Below are positions 26,370 through 36,614 of a stretch of 64,000 nt of DNA, piece by piece. Under the pieces are notes generated by a model. It searched no databases. It saw only the letters and a list, made by a program, of their open reading frames with translations, and was not told the DNA's origin. Numbering within the stretch: the stretch's first letter is position 1; each line of letters starts with the position of its first letter. Source of the stretch: a virus; the IMG/VR virus record IMGVR_UViG_3300046514_000858, positions 29,746 through 93,745 of that record. The stretch is one strand, 5' to 3'. A program made the translations under genes and the position numbers.

Positions 26370-27350
26370 ATGGCGCAGAATGTTGGCCTCGGCATGCGGT
26401 CTCACATCGGCTTCGGAGACGAAGTCGTTTGGGGAAGCGCAGTCGCCCGCACCCACTTCATCGAACTCATCTCCGAAAGCATCTCGAAGCAGGTCGCGCG
26501 GATCGAGTCCAACTCCGTTCTCCGCCGCGGCGTCCTGAACGACCACGTCATCGCCGGGATGATCTCCGTGGCGGGCGATCTGGTCTTCGACGCGACGTAC
26601 GGCGGATGGCTCAAGATCGCCAAGCACGCCTTCGGCTCCGTCGACACGACCCAGCCGGACGTGACGAACGCGCCCACCGCGTACCAGCACGTCTTCACAA
26701 TCTCCGACACCCCGCTCGCGGGCATGACCATGGAGGTCTTCCGCGACAGCTCCCAGTTCGTGACGGAGCCCAACAAGGCGTTCGTCTACCGGGGCATGAA
26801 GGTGTCGAGCATCGAGTTCTCGTGCGGCGTCGACGAGATCCTGCGCGTGACCGCGAGCCTGATCGGCACCGACGAGACGCGCGAGGCGAAGAGCACGCCC
26901 TCGTACGGCACCTCGAAGGTCTCCGTCTACCATCAGGGCATCGTCAAGTGGAACGACGTCGACGTCGAAGTCGACCACTTCACCCTGAAGCTCGACAACG
27001 GCTTCGGCCCCCGTCCCAAGCTGGGGTCCCAGTACAGCCGCGAGCCGGTGCCCGAGAACAAGCTGTCCCTGTCCGGCTCCTTCGAGATGGAGTTCGCCTC
27101 GTGGGCCGAGTACGACGACTTCTCGGCGACGACCCAGCGCGAGTTCAAGGTCTCCTTCACGGGCGACCTCATCGCCGCGGGGGTCTACGAGGAGATCATC
27201 CTGACCTGCCCCGTCTCGCTGCTCGACAACGTGCGCGTCCTGATCGACAAGCCCGGCCGCATCAAGATCGCGGCCGACTTCAAGGCGTACCGCACCACGC
27301 TGGCGAACGAGTGCACCATGACCGTGCGCAACACGGACACCGTGATCTGA
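26370..27350 (+). CDS. major tail tube protein
   Basis: GFG.E..WG, SES, V.GD..F, AY.H.FT, Y.G.KV.S.EFS, L.LDNG, SGSFE..F. Confidence 0.85.
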   Translation: MAQNVGLGMRSHIGFGDEVVWGSAVARTHFIELISESISKQVARIESNSVLRRGVLNDHVIAGMISVAGDLVFDATYGGWLKIAKHAFGSVDTTQPDVTNAPTAYQHVFTISDTPLAGMTMEVFRDSSQFVTEPNKAFVYRGMKVSSIEFSCGVDEILRVTASLIGTDETREAKSTPSYGTSKVSVYHQGIVKWNDVDVEVDHFTLKLDNGFGPRPKLGSQYSREPVPENKLSLSGSFEMEFASWAEYDDFSATTQREFKVSFTGDLIAAGVYEEIILTCPVSLLDNVRVLIDKPGRIKIAADFKAYRTTLANECTMTVRNTDTVI

Positions 27351-27421
27351 ACCGGCTCGGGCCCCGCGGGACCTTGTAAGCCCCGGGGTCCAGCCGCCAT
27401 TGCTGAGTTTTTGAGGAACGT

Positions 27422-27838
27422 ATGGAAACCGCCAAAGAGACCCCCACCTCCGAGCTGCGCGAAATGGCCAAGGGCAGTCTCGTGACCGCTCCGGTCGTCA
27501 AGGATCGCGACGGCAAGGATTGGACCCTCCTTCCCCTCGACCTCTCCGATATCGTCGACTACGAAGAGTCGGTCGGTGATTCGCTGTTCAGCGAGTCGCT
27601 CGGACAGATCAAGGCCAAGAACATCATGTTTCTGATGTACCTCTCGCTCCGCAAGACCGGCTGCAGCGATGCCGATCTGGAAGCGAAGAAGTACGCCTTC
27701 CCCGGCTACCGCGCCTTCCTCCGCCGGTTCAACGTCGGAGCGTTCGTGGAGTCGGTCACGGCCCTGCCCGCGCTCCTGCAGATGTCGGGGCTGGATCAGG
27801 AGAAGAGTGCCGCAAACCCTCAGAAGGCGGACCAGTAA
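27422..27838 (+). CDS. tail assembly chaperone (G-like)
   Basis: Between tube and tape measure; slippery heptamer near the 3' end. Confidence 0.8.
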   Translation: METAKETPTSELREMAKGSLVTAPVVKDRDGKDWTLLPLDLSDIVDYEESVGDSLFSESLGQIKAKNIMFLMYLSLRKTGCSDADLEAKKYAFPGYRAFLRRFNVGAFVESVTALPALLQMSGLDQEKSAANPQKADQ

Positions 27839-28068
27839 AGCGGCGGCGCAAACTCAGGGACGCCACCATCGACTGGTTCGCCCTCTACAAGGGCCTCCGC
27901 AACGAACACATCGTTACGTCGCGCAGCGAGTTTATGCGACTGAACATCGGACAGATCCGCTTCTTCCTCCGTAAGCAGGACGAGCAGGCGGCGCTGAAGA
28001 AGAAGTCCAAGGAGCTGAACGACAAGCTGAAGGCGCAGGAGGCTGCGCGTAAGAAGCTGGACACATAA
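27814..28068 (+). CDS. -1 frameshift extension of the tail chaperone (GT-like), slip site A AAC CCT
   Basis: X XXY YYZ heptamer at 27814-27820 in the correct phase; -1 frame open for 83 codons to TAA 28066-68. Confidence 0.8.
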   Translation, partial: KPSEGGPVKRRRKLRDATIDWFALYKGLRNEHIVTSRSEFMRLNIGQIRFFLRKQDEQAALKKKSKELNDKLKAQEAARKKLDT

Positions 28069-28069
28069 G

Positions 28070-30571
28070 ATGGGCGTAACGAACGAACAGGTCCTGACCG
28101 CGGTCCTTCGCATGCGCGACGAGCTGTCGCCGGGCATGAAGAAGGCTCAGCAGGCGACCAGCGATTTCGACAAGACGATGGGCGGCGTCAAGAAGACGCT
28201 CATCACCCTCGGAACCATACTGGCCGGGCTACAGGTCGCCCAGTTCATCAAGAGCATCATCAACACCGCCAGCGAGCTCGAAAAGCTGTCGAAGCAGACG
28301 GGCGTCTCCACCACCAACCTGCAGAAGATCGCCGCGTCCGCCAAGTCCGCGGGCGGGGACATTCAAGACGTCGCGATGGGCTTCCGCACGCTCAGCATCA
28401 ACGCCCAGCAGGCCGCCGCGGGCAATGATGTGGCGCGGGCTAAGTTCGAAGGTCTCGGCATCAGCATTCGTGACGCCAGCGGCAAACTCAAGAGCGCCGA
28501 GATTCTCTTCGGTGAGGTCGCGGATGTCATCCACGACACCGAGAGCTCGACCCTGCGCATGACCATCGCTCAAGAGCTGTTCGGACACTCTGCCCTGCGC
28601 CTCCTCCCGACACTCGAACAGGGCCGGGATGGTCTGTACGCTGTCGGCGATGCAGCGGAGCGGTTCGGCGGGATCCTGAGCAAGGACTCGGTCAAGGCCC
28701 TCGACGATTTCGGGAATCAACTCACCGCGACCAAGGATGTCATGACGGCGGTGATCGGCAACTGGCTGGTCCAGTCGGGCGTCACCGTGCCCGCGATCAT
28801 CGACCTGTTCGGCAAGCTGGTGCAGGGCGTGCAGGGCGTCATGCTGGGCTGGAAGATCATTTTCAATTCCGCGTGGCAGACGATCAAGTTCTTCGCCAAC
28901 GCGGTCAATGATATCCTGACCGGCATTGTCACGACCATCGCGGTCTTTCTCGCCAAAGCCCTGCATCCTATGACCGAGTTCGCCAAGACTCTGCTCCAGT
29001 GGTTCGGCAAATACCTGCCGGATGGCATCAAGGATACCCTCGGCGGCCTGATTTCCTTCGCCGACAACCTTGCGGGCAAGGGACTCGTCGATCCGCTGCA
29101 GGAGACTATCTCCAAGATCGACAAAGGTTGGGAGCAGCTCGGCACGAACGTCGACAAGTACAACAACGAGACCGCGGCGAACACCGTCGAAAAGGTCGAC
29201 CTGACCCTCAACAAGCTCGAAGAGCTCAAGGCCGCCATCGGAGCGGTCAGCGGCACGGCTAAGAAGGCCGCCGCCACGCCTGTTCTGAGTGCTTCGGCCG
29301 CGCTCGACGATCTCCTCCGTCTCGGCGGCGAGGCGACAAACGCCGGACCGAACGGCAAGGTCTCGGATGCAGAGCGCGAGATCCGCATGAAGGAAGCCTC
29401 TCTGCGGAGCAAGCTGCAGGCTTTTCAGGAGGAAACCGGCATCAAGGTCACCACCGAACAGCTCCGCCAACTCGCTATCGCGGCGCAGCAGGGCGATGAG
29501 TCGCTCAAGAAGATGCTGGACGACATCAAGCGGATGGCGGAGGCCGACCCGTTCACCGGTTTCGAGCTGGCGATCTACGATCTGTCGAAGGCGTCCTACT
29601 CCTTCCGCGACGCGTGGACGGGGATTTTCAATGACCTGAAGTCTGGCTTCTCGGACATGTTCGCCAACGCCATCGAGGGCACGGACAGCTTCTCGAACGG
29701 CTTCAAGAAGGCGATGAAGTCCCTTAAGCACGACCTGATCAAAATGTTCACGGACTTCGCCACATCGTCGCTGTTCCAGTCGGCGGGCGGCGGCCTCCTC
29801 GGAATGCTGGGCCTCGGCGGGGGCGTGAGCGGAGCTCCGGGATCCACGACCGGCCCCGGCAGCAACAACATGGCGCAGCAGGGCACGAACATCGCCGGGC
29901 AGGCGCTCTCCTCCGGCGGCGTGACCATGTCCAACTTCACCACCGCTCTGGGCGGGGTCGGCATGAGCGCGGGATCGCTCGGTGCGGTGGCCGGGCTCGG
30001 CGCGGCCGGTACTGCGCTGGCGGTGAGCGGCGTCTCGAACGGCAACGTCACACAGGGCACGGTCGGCGGCATCGTGGCGGGCGCGAGCATGGGCGCTATC
30101 GTGGGATCCATCATCCCGGGCCTCGGCACCGTGGCGGGCGCGGTCATCGGTGGCATCATCGGCGGCGTCACGGGCTACCTCGGCTCCAGCCGCAAGAAGC
30201 GCAAGAAGGCGCGCGAGGCCGCCCGGCACGCGGCGGAGGCGCTGGCCGCCTACAACGCTGCCATCGCCAAGGCCCGCGTCGTCCTGAAGCAGGACATCCG
30301 GAATAAGATGGGCGGCGGGCTGGCGACCGAGGAAGCGGCCTCCGACTACGGGCGGCTCTTCTCCGGTGACCTCTCGGCCGACGAGATCATGGCCTTCGGC
30401 GATCCCGCCGCGGTGGCCGCGAAGGCGTCCGAGGTGAACCGGCAGACCAACGTCAACGCGCCCATCACGGTGAACGCGCAGATCACAGGCTCGTACGACG
30501 TTGCCGTTCTCGCGCAGGAGCTGAGCTACCATCTGCAGAATCAGATGGGCGGTTCGGCGGGAGGCATCTGA
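28070..30571 (+). CDS. tape measure protein
   Basis: 833 aa Ala/Gly-rich helical; LSKQTGVST..LQ, A.ELFG, LLP.L. Confidence 0.9.
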   Translation: MGVTNEQVLTAVLRMRDELSPGMKKAQQATSDFDKTMGGVKKTLITLGTILAGLQVAQFIKSIINTASELEKLSKQTGVSTTNLQKIAASAKSAGGDIQDVAMGFRTLSINAQQAAAGNDVARAKFEGLGISIRDASGKLKSAEILFGEVADVIHDTESSTLRMTIAQELFGHSALRLLPTLEQGRDGLYAVGDAAERFGGILSKDSVKALDDFGNQLTATKDVMTAVIGNWLVQSGVTVPAIIDLFGKLVQGVQGVMLGWKIIFNSAWQTIKFFANAVNDILTGIVTTIAVFLAKALHPMTEFAKTLLQWFGKYLPDGIKDTLGGLISFADNLAGKGLVDPLQETISKIDKGWEQLGTNVDKYNNETAANTVEKVDLTLNKLEELKAAIGAVSGTAKKAAATPVLSASAALDDLLRLGGEATNAGPNGKVSDAEREIRMKEASLRSKLQAFQEETGIKVTTEQLRQLAIAAQQGDESLKKMLDDIKRMAEADPFTGFELAIYDLSKASYSFRDAWTGIFNDLKSGFSDMFANAIEGTDSFSNGFKKAMKSLKHDLIKMFTDFATSSLFQSAGGGLLGMLGLGGGVSGAPGSTTGPGSNNMAQQGTNIAGQALSSGGVTMSNFTTALGGVGMSAGSLGAVAGLGAAGTALAVSGVSNGNVTQGTVGGIVAGASMGAIVGSIIPGLGTVAGAVIGGIIGGVTGYLGSSRKKRKKAREAARHAAEALAAYNAAIAKARVVLKQDIRNKMGGGLATEEAASDYGRLFSGDLSADEIMAFGDPAAVAAKASEVNRQTNVNAPITVNAQITGSYDVAVLAQELSYHLQNQMGGSAGGI

Positions 30572-31344
30572 TGGCCACTCCTTCGATCAAGTTCGATAGC
30601 GTCGACCTCGCCGAGTACATCGCGACGTGGGGCGAGAACGCCAACGCCCGCATCAACGCCGTCACGGTCCCCCGGCGGCACGGTGCCCTCATCACGGAAT
30701 CCGTGGTCGAGGACGCCCGGACCATCAACGTCGCGGGCCGGATCTCCGCCGACACCGCCTCGGGCCTGCGCGATCTGCTGGACGCTCTGTCCGAGCTCTT
30801 CACGCGCCGCGGCAAGCGTCTGCAGCTCTGGGACGACCGGTACATCGTGGCCTACAAGGCGACCTTTGCCTTCGCGTACGTGGTCGGCTCGGCCCTGCGG
30901 GCGGTCGACTTCACGCTCCAGTTCTTCTGCCCCGACCCGTTCTGGTACGGCACCTCGGCAGAGACCACGAACTACGACCTGACCGAGGCCGACGTCCCGC
31001 TCGACATCACCAACAACAAGTACCGCCGGACGATCACGATCAACAACCCCGGCAGCGCCTACATCTTCCCGCTCATCACGGTCACGACCGGCCTTGAGCC
31101 CCTGACCACGATTGTGGTGCGGAACATCACCAGCGGCCGGTATTTCGTGTACACCGGGACGCTTCCCATCGGCAAGGCGCTCGTGATCGACATGGCCAAT
31201 TTCACGGTCAACAACGACGGCGTCGAGGACCTGACCAACTTTCAGGGCGACTTCTTTGCCCTCCAGCCGGGGGACAACGAGATCCAGATCGAGGGCACCG
31301 CCCCGGCCAACTACCAGTTCGACTACCCCATCCGGTACAACTGA
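30571..31344 (+). CDS. distal tail protein (Dit-like)
   Basis: VP.RHG, R.I...G.I, F.CPDPFWYG, I.N.G.....P, G.FF.LQPG.NEI. Confidence 0.85.
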   Translation: MATPSIKFDSVDLAEYIATWGENANARINAVTVPRRHGALITESVVEDARTINVAGRISADTASGLRDLLDALSELFTRRGKRLQLWDDRYIVAYKATFAFAYVVGSALRAVDFTLQFFCPDPFWYGTSAETTNYDLTEADVPLDITNNKYRRTITINNPGSAYIFPLITVTTGLEPLTTIVVRNITSGRYFVYTGTLPIGKALVIDMANFTVNNDGVEDLTNFQGDFFALQPGDNEIQIEGTAPANYQFDYPIRYN

Positions 31345-32021
31345 TGAACCGGGAGGACTTCCTCTTCCCGGCCGGTACCGTCGCCGCCCGGCCCCGGCGG
31401 AGGGGTCTGGCCCGTATGATGGTGCTGGACCGCGCCACGGGCGATTTAACGCATCGTACGGTCCAAAACCTCCCAGAGTACCTTTCCGGCTGGGAAACGT
31501 GGGCAAACGCCTCCTACGCAGCGCAGCACCCCAATCCAGAGCTGCACCCCCTCTACGCCGCCGTTCCGGGGTCCCACGCCACCCCCAGCGCCGGGATCCC
31601 CCTGCCCGAGGATGTGGTCAAACGGCTGGAAATCAAGACGTTCACTCTCCACATCGGCGGTCCAAGAGATCAGCCGGACATTCGCCAAGGATTCAAGACC
31701 GGGGTGGGCTGGCGGGAATGGTACCAAATTCCCGCCCCGCCCAAGACCCCGGTCGCTGCCATCGGAACGACGGCGGTCAAGGCCATGGAGACGTGGGCTC
31801 GAACCGGCCAGCTTGAAGGCTGGAGCGACCTCTTCATCCAGCCCCCCTTCGAGTTCAAGGCTGTCGGGAAGCTGCTGACGAATTGGCACTTTCCCGGCGA
31901 GCCGCTGCTGGCGCTGACCTGCGCCTTCGGCGGATATGAATTTGTGCGTGAGGCATACGAGGCGGCTGTGGCCGAGAAGTATCTCTTCTCCTGCTACGGC
32001 GACCGCCTCCTGATCATCTGA
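31344..32021 (+). CDS. queA: QueA-like protein lacking the inserted beta-barrel domain
   Basis: A.RP...ARMMVLDR..G...H, YA..PGS.A.PSAG, TLHIG, AIGTT..KA.E, LFI.P, LLTNWH.P, AF.G....EAY..AV..KY.F..YGD.LLI; only 225 aa. Confidence 0.85.
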   Translation: MNREDFLFPAGTVAARPRRRGLARMMVLDRATGDLTHRTVQNLPEYLSGWETWANASYAAQHPNPELHPLYAAVPGSHATPSAGIPLPEDVVKRLEIKTFTLHIGGPRDQPDIRQGFKTGVGWREWYQIPAPPKTPVAAIGTTAVKAMETWARTGQLEGWSDLFIQPPFEFKAVGKLLTNWHFPGEPLLALTCAFGGYEFVREAYEAAVAEKYLFSCYGDRLLII

Positions 32022-35000
32022 TGAGTTGCACGGGTCCGGCCCCGACCTTCGCGGATATCGGCGATTGGGTCCTCTCTCACGACGGATCCGGTTGCGAGAA
32101 CACCGCCACCATCCACGTCAACGCCGAGTGCGGCTCGTCCGGCTACACCGTCAAGCTCATCCGCACCATCGACGGATCCGACACGACGGTCTACACGGCC
32201 TCCATCCCCAACGGACCTTTGACGGCGATGGCGTTCTCGTACGAGGACCTTCCGCCGTGCGGGCACAAGACCATCGAATACCGCTGGGAGATCCAGTGCG
32301 ACGGCGTCCTGCAGTCGACCAGCTACAACATGTCGACGGATCAGGGTGGCGGCCAGACCCTGACCGGGCACACGATCAATGTCTCCTCGTGCGAGGCCAC
32401 CGACCAGATCCGGGTGCAGCAGAATTGCGGCAACTGCGCGGCCACCCTCAAGCTCTATCGGTCGGCCATCAACTCCTCGGTCACCTTCGATCCGGGCGAG
32501 GTGATTTACACGGTTTCCGTCGGCGCGGGCGTGACCGACCAGACGTACTCGTACGGCGACACTCCGACCTGCGGCTACGGCCAGTACCACTACCAGTGGC
32601 GGCTCACGCCGTCCGATGACGCGGCGATCACGTCGGACGAGCAGACGTACGATCAGGAAACCGCCCCGACAGTCGACGGCTTCACGCTGACCCCCGCAGG
32701 TTGCGACAACGTTGCCAGCGTCCACGTTCTCCAACCCTGCGGCCGGTGCGGTGCGATCCTGAAACTATACCGCCACTTCAACGGCTCGGTGGCCTTCAGT
32801 CCCGACGAAGTCATCCACACGGAAGATGTGCCGCAGGGATTCTCCGATGCCACGTACAGCTACACCGACACGCCCTCTTGCGGTAAGGGAACGTGGCACT
32901 ACGCGTGGAAGCTGGAATGGGACAACGGCTCGACCGGCGTCGCGGAGCTCACGGCCGATGGCGCGCTCCCGGCAACCCTCGTCGATCACGAGATCGCCAA
33001 AGACGCCGAGTGCAACATCACCAACAAGATCAAGGTCACGAATCCCTGCCTCGCGTGCGCGGGCACGATCAAGCTCTATCGGAAGCTCAACTCCGCGCCC
33101 GCGGGCGTGCCGGGCGAGCTGATCTATACCGACGCCGTCCCGGCGGGGCTGATCGTCCACAAGCAGTACATCTACACCGAGCATCCGGGAGACGGGCACT
33201 GGTACTACGAGTGGTCGGTCGTGGATGTGGACGGCAACGTCGACGACACGCTGCCTCCCAAGGACATCACGGTCGACTGCACGGTCTACGTTCCCGCCCG
33301 GGTCACGCTGCCTTCGGATGCGTTCGAGAAGCAGGTCGTGCTCGTGCAGGTCACGGGATCCCCCGCGGGCGGGCTGATCTTCACCGACAAGCAGATTCTC
33401 AATCTCGCCGAGCAGCGGCTGGAGTGGTGGTACCACAAGAACGGCGGCTGTGCCTACTTCCGGATCCTGACCCACGAGTTCCTCGACGGCGCGGACTTCA
33501 CCGACGCGATGGATGAGTCGTGGGAGGTCCACGTCCGCATCAAGCTGGGCGGCGAGGACACGTACACGACGTGGTACCGCGGCGTCATCCGATCCATCAA
33601 GCAGCAGGAACAGGGCACCGACCTCTACATGGACGTCCGCGGCTACGGCTACGTCGAGATGCTCAACAACATCATGGTCCAGCGGGAGTATCCCGTGGGC
33701 ATGACGGTCAAAGAGATCGTCGACGACATCATCGACAAGGACGTCCGGCCGTGGACTCGCATCGTCCGGCCGAGCGACATCGACGTCACGAACGGCGACA
33801 GCGGCGTCGATCCGTCCGGCTATGCCATCAAAGACCGCGTCCACTTCGAGTGCTCCGCCCTCACCGCGATCAAGTTCCTCGCCGAGCTGCAGGGCGACCG
33901 TGAATGGGGAGTTGACGCCCTCCGGCGCTTCTACTTCCGGGCCAACAACTCGGATGTCGTGGCCAACTTCTTCCTGCTGAAGGACGTCATCGACCGCGTC
34001 GCGGGCGGCAAGATCCTCGGCCAGACCAACAGCTACAAGATGGCGGGCAAGTCCTTCGGCGCACGCGACTATCTCAAGGTGCGCGCGGACGTGACGGACG
34101 CCACCGCCGTGGGCCGCCGCGAGAAGGCAGTCGAGCTGCCGTGGCTGGAGGGCGACCTCGACGCCAGCCGCTGGGCCGACAACATCATCGGCATCAATCG
34201 GGGTGGGCAGCAGTGGGCCGTCATCACGAAGAAGCACGTCACCCAGCGCCTCGACGCCTCGCACCCGTTCGGCCGGGTCACCGTGTACGGCTCGGACATG
34301 TCGAACGACGTGCACACGTACGACATCGCCAAGATCCAGTACATCGAAGGCGGCCCGCGCGCGCCCGCGGAGGTGCGCGAGAAGGGCGTGCCCAAGAAGA
34401 CGGCCGACAACGACCAGCCGCTGAAGGTCCAGTATTACCTCGGCCACTACCCGAACGATCTGATCGACGAGCTCAAGGAAACCCTGCGCGACCAGATCGA
34501 GGCGCTCAAGGGCCGCCATAAGCAGTTCCGCTATCCCAACGACATCACGAACGAGGCGATTCTCATTCCGGGCAAGATCCCGGGCGAGATGAAGTTCTAC
34601 CACAAGGTTCCGGACGTCACGAACACGGATGTCCTGAACAGCGCCATCGACCTCTCGGACCCGACGAACCCCCGCGGCTCGCAGGTCGTCTGGATCGGCG
34701 GCCAGTGGGTGAAGGTCTCTGTCCGGCGCACGTTCACCTCCCTGTCCGGCGTCCGGGGCCTGTACATCGGCGAAGTCGCCTCGGTCATCACCGACATCAC
34801 CAACAGCTCGTTCGGTGTGATGTACTGGTGGAACGGGCTGGTCTGGGACGTGGTGGGCTCTGGAAGCGGCGGCGGTGGGGGCGGCGGGTCCTCCGTAGGT
34901 TCCGACCCTCCCACGACCATCCTTCCGGACGATGCGCCGAATCCCGGTGTGTCCGCGCTGGCCTCGCGCCAAGACCACCGTCACGGCATCGCCGCGGACG

Positions 35001-35368
35001 TCGCCGGGCCCATCGCGATTGGCGACAGCGCGGCCGAGGGCGTTGCGACCAGCTTCGCGCGTTCGGACCATCGGCACTCTGTGCCCGCGGGCACGCCGGT
35101 CGACATCACGAACGCGAACGCGGACGGCGTCGCCACGACGTTCGCGCGCTCCGATCACAGGCACCGCGGCATCCGTACCGTGAAGGTGAAGGGTCAGGCC
35201 GACATCGACGGCTACGTCGACATCACGGCCGGGCTCTACATCCGCGTCACGCAATCCGGTCAGACCCTTACGTTCGATGTTGATGATCTGGTGGCCTACA
35301 TCAACACGCTTGCTTTGGCCGCCTATAACCCGATCACCGATCCGGTGTTCTGGTCTCTCATGGGGTGA
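32021..35368 (+). CDS. large tail/baseplate protein: four Cys-rich repeats, Tal/hub-like middle, fibre-type C-terminus
   Basis: Repeated C..C...KLYR...D.P.CG units; GGC..F, W.G.I, GY...L, LAEL.G.REWGVD..R.FYFR; ARSDHRH repeats. Confidence 0.8.
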   Translation: MSCTGPAPTFADIGDWVLSHDGSGCENTATIHVNAECGSSGYTVKLIRTIDGSDTTVYTASIPNGPLTAMAFSYEDLPPCGHKTIEYRWEIQCDGVLQSTSYNMSTDQGGGQTLTGHTINVSSCEATDQIRVQQNCGNCAATLKLYRSAINSSVTFDPGEVIYTVSVGAGVTDQTYSYGDTPTCGYGQYHYQWRLTPSDDAAITSDEQTYDQETAPTVDGFTLTPAGCDNVASVHVLQPCGRCGAILKLYRHFNGSVAFSPDEVIHTEDVPQGFSDATYSYTDTPSCGKGTWHYAWKLEWDNGSTGVAELTADGALPATLVDHEIAKDAECNITNKIKVTNPCLACAGTIKLYRKLNSAPAGVPGELIYTDAVPAGLIVHKQYIYTEHPGDGHWYYEWSVVDVDGNVDDTLPPKDITVDCTVYVPARVTLPSDAFEKQVVLVQVTGSPAGGLIFTDKQILNLAEQRLEWWYHKNGGCAYFRILTHEFLDGADFTDAMDESWEVHVRIKLGGEDTYTTWYRGVIRSIKQQEQGTDLYMDVRGYGYVEMLNNIMVQREYPVGMTVKEIVDDIIDKDVRPWTRIVRPSDIDVTNGDSGVDPSGYAIKDRVHFECSALTAIKFLAELQGDREWGVDALRRFYFRANNSDVVANFFLLKDVIDRVAGGKILGQTNSYKMAGKSFGARDYLKVRADVTDATAVGRREKAVELPWLEGDLDASRWADNIIGINRGGQQWAVITKKHVTQRLDASHPFGRVTVYGSDMSNDVHTYDIAKIQYIEGGPRAPAEVREKGVPKKTADNDQPLKVQYYLGHYPNDLIDELKETLRDQIEALKGRHKQFRYPNDITNEAILIPGKIPGEMKFYHKVPDVTNTDVLNSAIDLSDPTNPRGSQVVWIGGQWVKVSVRRTFTSLSGVRGLYIGEVASVITDITNSSFGVMYWWNGLVWDVVGSGSGGGGGGGSSVGSDPPTTILPDDAPNPGVSALASRQDHRHGIAADVAGPIAIGDSAAEGVATSFARSDHRHSVPAGTPVDITNANADGVATTFARSDHRHRGIRTVKVKGQADIDGYVDITAGLYIRVTQSGQTLTFDVDDLVAYINTLALAAYNPITDPVFWSLMG

Positions 35369-35371
35369 TGC

Positions 35372-35704
35372 ATGGCTGGAACGCCGAAATGCCTGATTCA
35401 GTACCTGTTCACCAACGCGCTGACGACCGCCGTCACCGTCCCGGCGAACAAGCGTTGGACCGTGTCCATGATCCATGTGACGAACATCGACACGGTGCAG
35501 CGCACCTTCACGATCCATCACGTCGCGAGCGGAGACAGCGCGGCGGATAAGAACAAGCTCGCGAAGGCGGCGGCCCTCCCGGCGGCCGACTACTGCGAGT
35601 TCTTTGGCGGGGCCGTGATGGCGACGGGCGACTCGATTCAGGGTAACTCCGATGCCAACAACGGCATCTCGATTCAGGTCTACGGCATTGAGGAGTCCGT
35701 CTGA
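35372..35704 (+). CDS. small tail-associated beta protein
   Basis: TVPA.....V..I.VTN.D...GD.I.G...I..YG.E. Confidence 0.7.
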   Translation: MAGTPKCLIQYLFTNALTTAVTVPANKRWTVSMIHVTNIDTVQRTFTIHHVASGDSAADKNKLAKAAALPAADYCEFFGGAVMATGDSIQGNSDANNGISIQVYGIEESV

Positions 35705-36612
35705 TGCCTCGTGGTATCTCCCGTCATAGAGGAGCAGAAAAGCAGACGATCCTCGACTTGGATACGAGGACCATCACTGCTCTGGCGGCCGACACCGACG
35801 ACTGGGCTGACCTTCTGGTCGGCGCGGCGTTCGCCATCGGCTGCACCGGAGCCGACCGCACGGTCAAGGGCATCGCGGGCGGGCGCGAGGGACGCACCAT
35901 TGAGCTGATCAACGTGCTCGGCTACAACGTCTTCCTGCAGAACGAGGCCACGTCCTCGGTCGCCGGAAACCGCATCCTGACCGGCATGCCGAGCAACGCG
36001 TCCTTCCAGATCCCGCCGAACGGCGCGGTGTTCCTGACCTATAACAACACCGTCAATCGCTGGGTTGTTGCCCACGGGAACGTGAACTACTACCCCGAGA
36101 CGGATGCCAACGTCGCCGTGCTGTTCCGCAACAAGAAACCGAATCGCGCGGGCGGCATGATGACGCAGGGCACCTTCCTGCAACTGCTCGGCACGTCTCA
36201 GGGATTCCTCAAGCCGAAGTTCACCGCCAAGACCAGCGGCGACATCGGCAATCAGGCGTTCGGAGTGGTCTCTGGCGCTCAGGTATCCTTCACGATGCCC
36301 GCAGCCGGAGACGTGATTGTCGCTGTGCATGCCACTTCTAAATCCGGCACGCCCGGGGCGGTAGTGGCCATCGCTTCGGCTATCGGTGTAAGATTCGACT
36401 CTGATACGGCTCTGGTCTTGAACAGCGTGGACATGGTCAACGGCGGCGGCTCGGACTACATCAACGCCTTCCCTCTCTTTGGAGTGTGGGGCAAGTCGCT
36501 CGCTGCTGGCGCTCATACGGCTGATCTTTGTTGGGGAGACTCGTCCGGAAACTACGGCATGTACGCCGACGCGTCCCATCCTGCAGTCATCGCAGTTTTG
36601 TATCCGGGGTAA
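35704..36612 (+). CDS. tail fibre/receptor-binding-like protein
   Basis: I.GI.GG..G..I.L.N....L.NE...S...NRI...Y......W, then a beta-rich domain. Confidence 0.65.
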   Translation: MPRGISRHRGAEKQTILDLDTRTITALAADTDDWADLLVGAAFAIGCTGADRTVKGIAGGREGRTIELINVLGYNVFLQNEATSSVAGNRILTGMPSNASFQIPPNGAVFLTYNNTVNRWVVAHGNVNYYPETDANVAVLFRNKKPNRAGGMMTQGTFLQLLGTSQGFLKPKFTAKTSGDIGNQAFGVVSGAQVSFTMPAAGDVIVAVHATSKSGTPGAVVAIASAIGVRFDSDTALVLNSVDMVNGGGSDYINAFPLFGVWGKSLAAGAHTADLCWGDSSGNYGMYADASHPAVIAVLYPG

Positions 36613-36614
36613 GC

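Noticed and set aside
31344-32021. 7-deazaguanine DNA modification cluster
   Set aside because: No dpdA/tgt, folE or queC/D/E in the window
28229-35521. Long minus-strand ORFs (767 aa, 918 aa and similar elsewhere)
   Set aside because: Antisense shadows of high-GC3 genes; no motifs or start signals
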